Of a stretch of DNA of 64,000 nt, positions 62,896-64,000 are shown in pieces (positions within the stretch are counted from its first letter, which is position 1; each line of letters starts with the position of its first letter). The notes under the pieces were generated by a model. That model saw nothing but the letters and a program-made list of their open reading frames with translations, was not told the origin of the DNA and ran no database searches. The DNA comes from an uncultured Actinomycetes bacterium. GTDB lineage: Bacteria > Actinomycetota > Actinomycetes > Streptosporangiales > Streptosporangiaceae. The translations under genes and the position numbers were made by a program. The DNA lies in the NCBI GenBank assembly GCA_963847965.1, contig CAWKCG010000043.1, forward strand, positions 258,191-322,190, written 5' to 3'.

Positions 62896-63090
62896 GGCAG
62901 TTCTCCGTCCCTGGAAGCGGCCGTTGATGACCGCGGTTTAGAGGTGGCTCTCGAGCTGGCCGTCGATGTCCTTCGCAGCGTGCCCGCACGATTCGTCTTC
63001 GTCGCTGATCGGTCCCAAGTCTCGTACTCGGCCGGATGAGGTCGCCTCGTACGATCCGGAGGATCTCCGGCGAGCCGCGAGCCTGGCGAT

Positions 63091-63300
63091 CTACGGCGAC
63101 GACAGGTAGGTCGGCAGGTAGCGCAGCACGCGGAGTTCACTGTTGCTGAGCGGTTCGAGTGGCGGCCGCGGCCAGGCGGGCAGAGGCGCCCGCCTGTTCC
63201 CAGCGAGCAGGTCGAGGATCTGGGCGAGCAGGGCGGCGTGCGTGGTGCCCTGCCGAGCATGGCTCTTAAGCAGTCCCGGCGCGGAGTGCTTCAGGAACGC
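63091..63300 (-). pseudogene. C-terminal fragment of a LAL/LuxR regulator, ended by an in-frame TAG within the HTH
   Basis: FLKHSAPGLLKSHARQGTTHAALLAQILDLLAGNRRAPLPAWPRPPLEPLSNSELRVLRYLPTYLSSP* aligns with residues FLIHPAPGLLERHVRQGTAHAAL...SKSEIRVLRYLPTHLSAPQ of the 55210 gene. TAG replaces the expected CAG (Q). Confidence 0.55.
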
Positions 63301-63334
63301 CGAGGCGGCGCGCACCCGGCGGGAGGGGCTCTTC

Positions 63335-63526
63335 GAACCGCTGACCGACAGGGAGCTTGCAATATTGCGGATGCTGTCCGCTCCGGGTTCGCTGCGCGAA
63401 CTCGCGGCAGACCTGTTCGTCACGCCCAACACTCTGAGGACCCATCTGCGGGCGATCTACCGCAAGCTCGGCGCCGAATCCCGGGAGGAAGCGGTGATCC
63501 GGGCCCGTGGAGGTGGCCTGATCTAG
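63335..63526 (+). pseudogene. isolated LuxR-type HTH domain fragment
   Basis: EPLTDRELAILRMLSAPGSLRELAADLFVTPNTLRTHLRAIYRKLGAESREEAVIRARGGGLI*. The upstream part of the ORF is antisense to the previous fragment. Confidence 0.45.
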
Positions 63527-63801
63527 CCCTCAGCCGCAGGCGGTTCGGCGGGCACGCTGACTCCATAGGCCGGGGGGGACACCGCGACGAAGATGCCTAT
63601 ACCCGACGCGATGCCGAGTCCGCCGGTGTGCCGAACCACTGCGGAGCAGCTCACTGCGGCCCGCTGGCATGCACTATTAGCCGGTTTGACGATGCGAACG
63701 TCGGGTGAAGTGGCGAGCTTGCTAGGTGCGGGCCTGAGCTGGTCAGTTGCGGGACCGCACCGCAGCGGCAGCGGCCCGCGACCAGCCACCGAAGGAGACA
63801 C

Positions 63802-64000
63802 ATGCGGAGTGATGTAGCAGTGGGCATACGGAAAGCGCGCGCAATGGGCGCTAGCGGTCAGGCAGCTCGACCACCACGAGACGGGAGCGCCCGGCGGGCG
63901 ATCTCGCACCTGATCCGTGCGGTGATGGCGGGTGGGATCGGGCTTGCCGCGGTGGGCGGGATAGCAGCTTTCGCTGGCCCAGCGCAGGCCGCTGACGGCC
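63802..64000 (+). CDS. secreted protein, partial (5' end only)
   Basis: Not in the track because it runs off the right edge. GAAGGAG lies 5 nt before ATG 63802. MRSDVAVGIRKARAMGASGQAARPPRDGSARRAISHLIRAVMAGGIGLAAVGGIAAFAGPAQAADG (signal peptide with an AQA cleavage site). Confidence 0.5.
   Translation, partial: MRSDVAVGIRKARAMGASGQAARPPRDGSARRAISHLIRAVMAGGIGLAAVGGIAAFAGPAQAADG

Overview
High-GC (about 70-75% in core genes) actinomycete chromosomal segment; I cannot assign a genus from sequence alone. It falls into four sectors. (1) 1-17.6 kb: a visibly lower-GC, mosaic cell-surface polysaccharide locus. It holds a Wzx flippase, a bi-domain oxidoreductase, a heparinase II/III-like protein, an epimerase, two methyltransferases, a CgeB-like GT, a GT-C membrane transferase, an acyltransferase, two nucleotide-sugar dehydrogenases and GalE. 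It also carries recombination scars and a promoter/leader element present in three copies. (2) 17.9-28 kb: an envelope block. It holds a Tat-exported animal-type haem peroxidase and a class F sortase whose 5' end carries a 151-bp tandem duplication. It also holds an inverted pair of paralogous two-gene modules, each an uncharacterised membrane-anchored protein plus a DUF4397 protein with a non-canonical C-terminal sorting signal. I consider this the most likely undescribed system in the window. (3) 28-40.5 kb: conserved housekeeping genes, namely tRNA-Thr, an F420 PPOX protein, an EAL-TM-GGDEF protein, PSP1/RicT, holB, MFS-tmk fusion, topA, an M20 peptidase and tRNA-Leu. (4) 40.5-64 kb: an accessory, decaying region. 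It holds a DUF4160/DUF2442 pair, an orphan GAF histidine kinase, an IS630-family element, a truncated serine recombinase, several frameshifted genes and regulator fragments. Intact genes here include a carotenoid oxygenase, a sulfite-oxidase-like/ferredoxin-reductase pair, a LAL regulator, a GH15 hydrolase and an SDR. A DUF6510 ORF is fused to seven perfect 30-bp (decapeptide MSMGQPDQDP) repeats. All calls rest on reading the ORF translations and the DNA by eye; no database search was run. Many long ORFs in the track are GC-driven shadow frames and were discarded.
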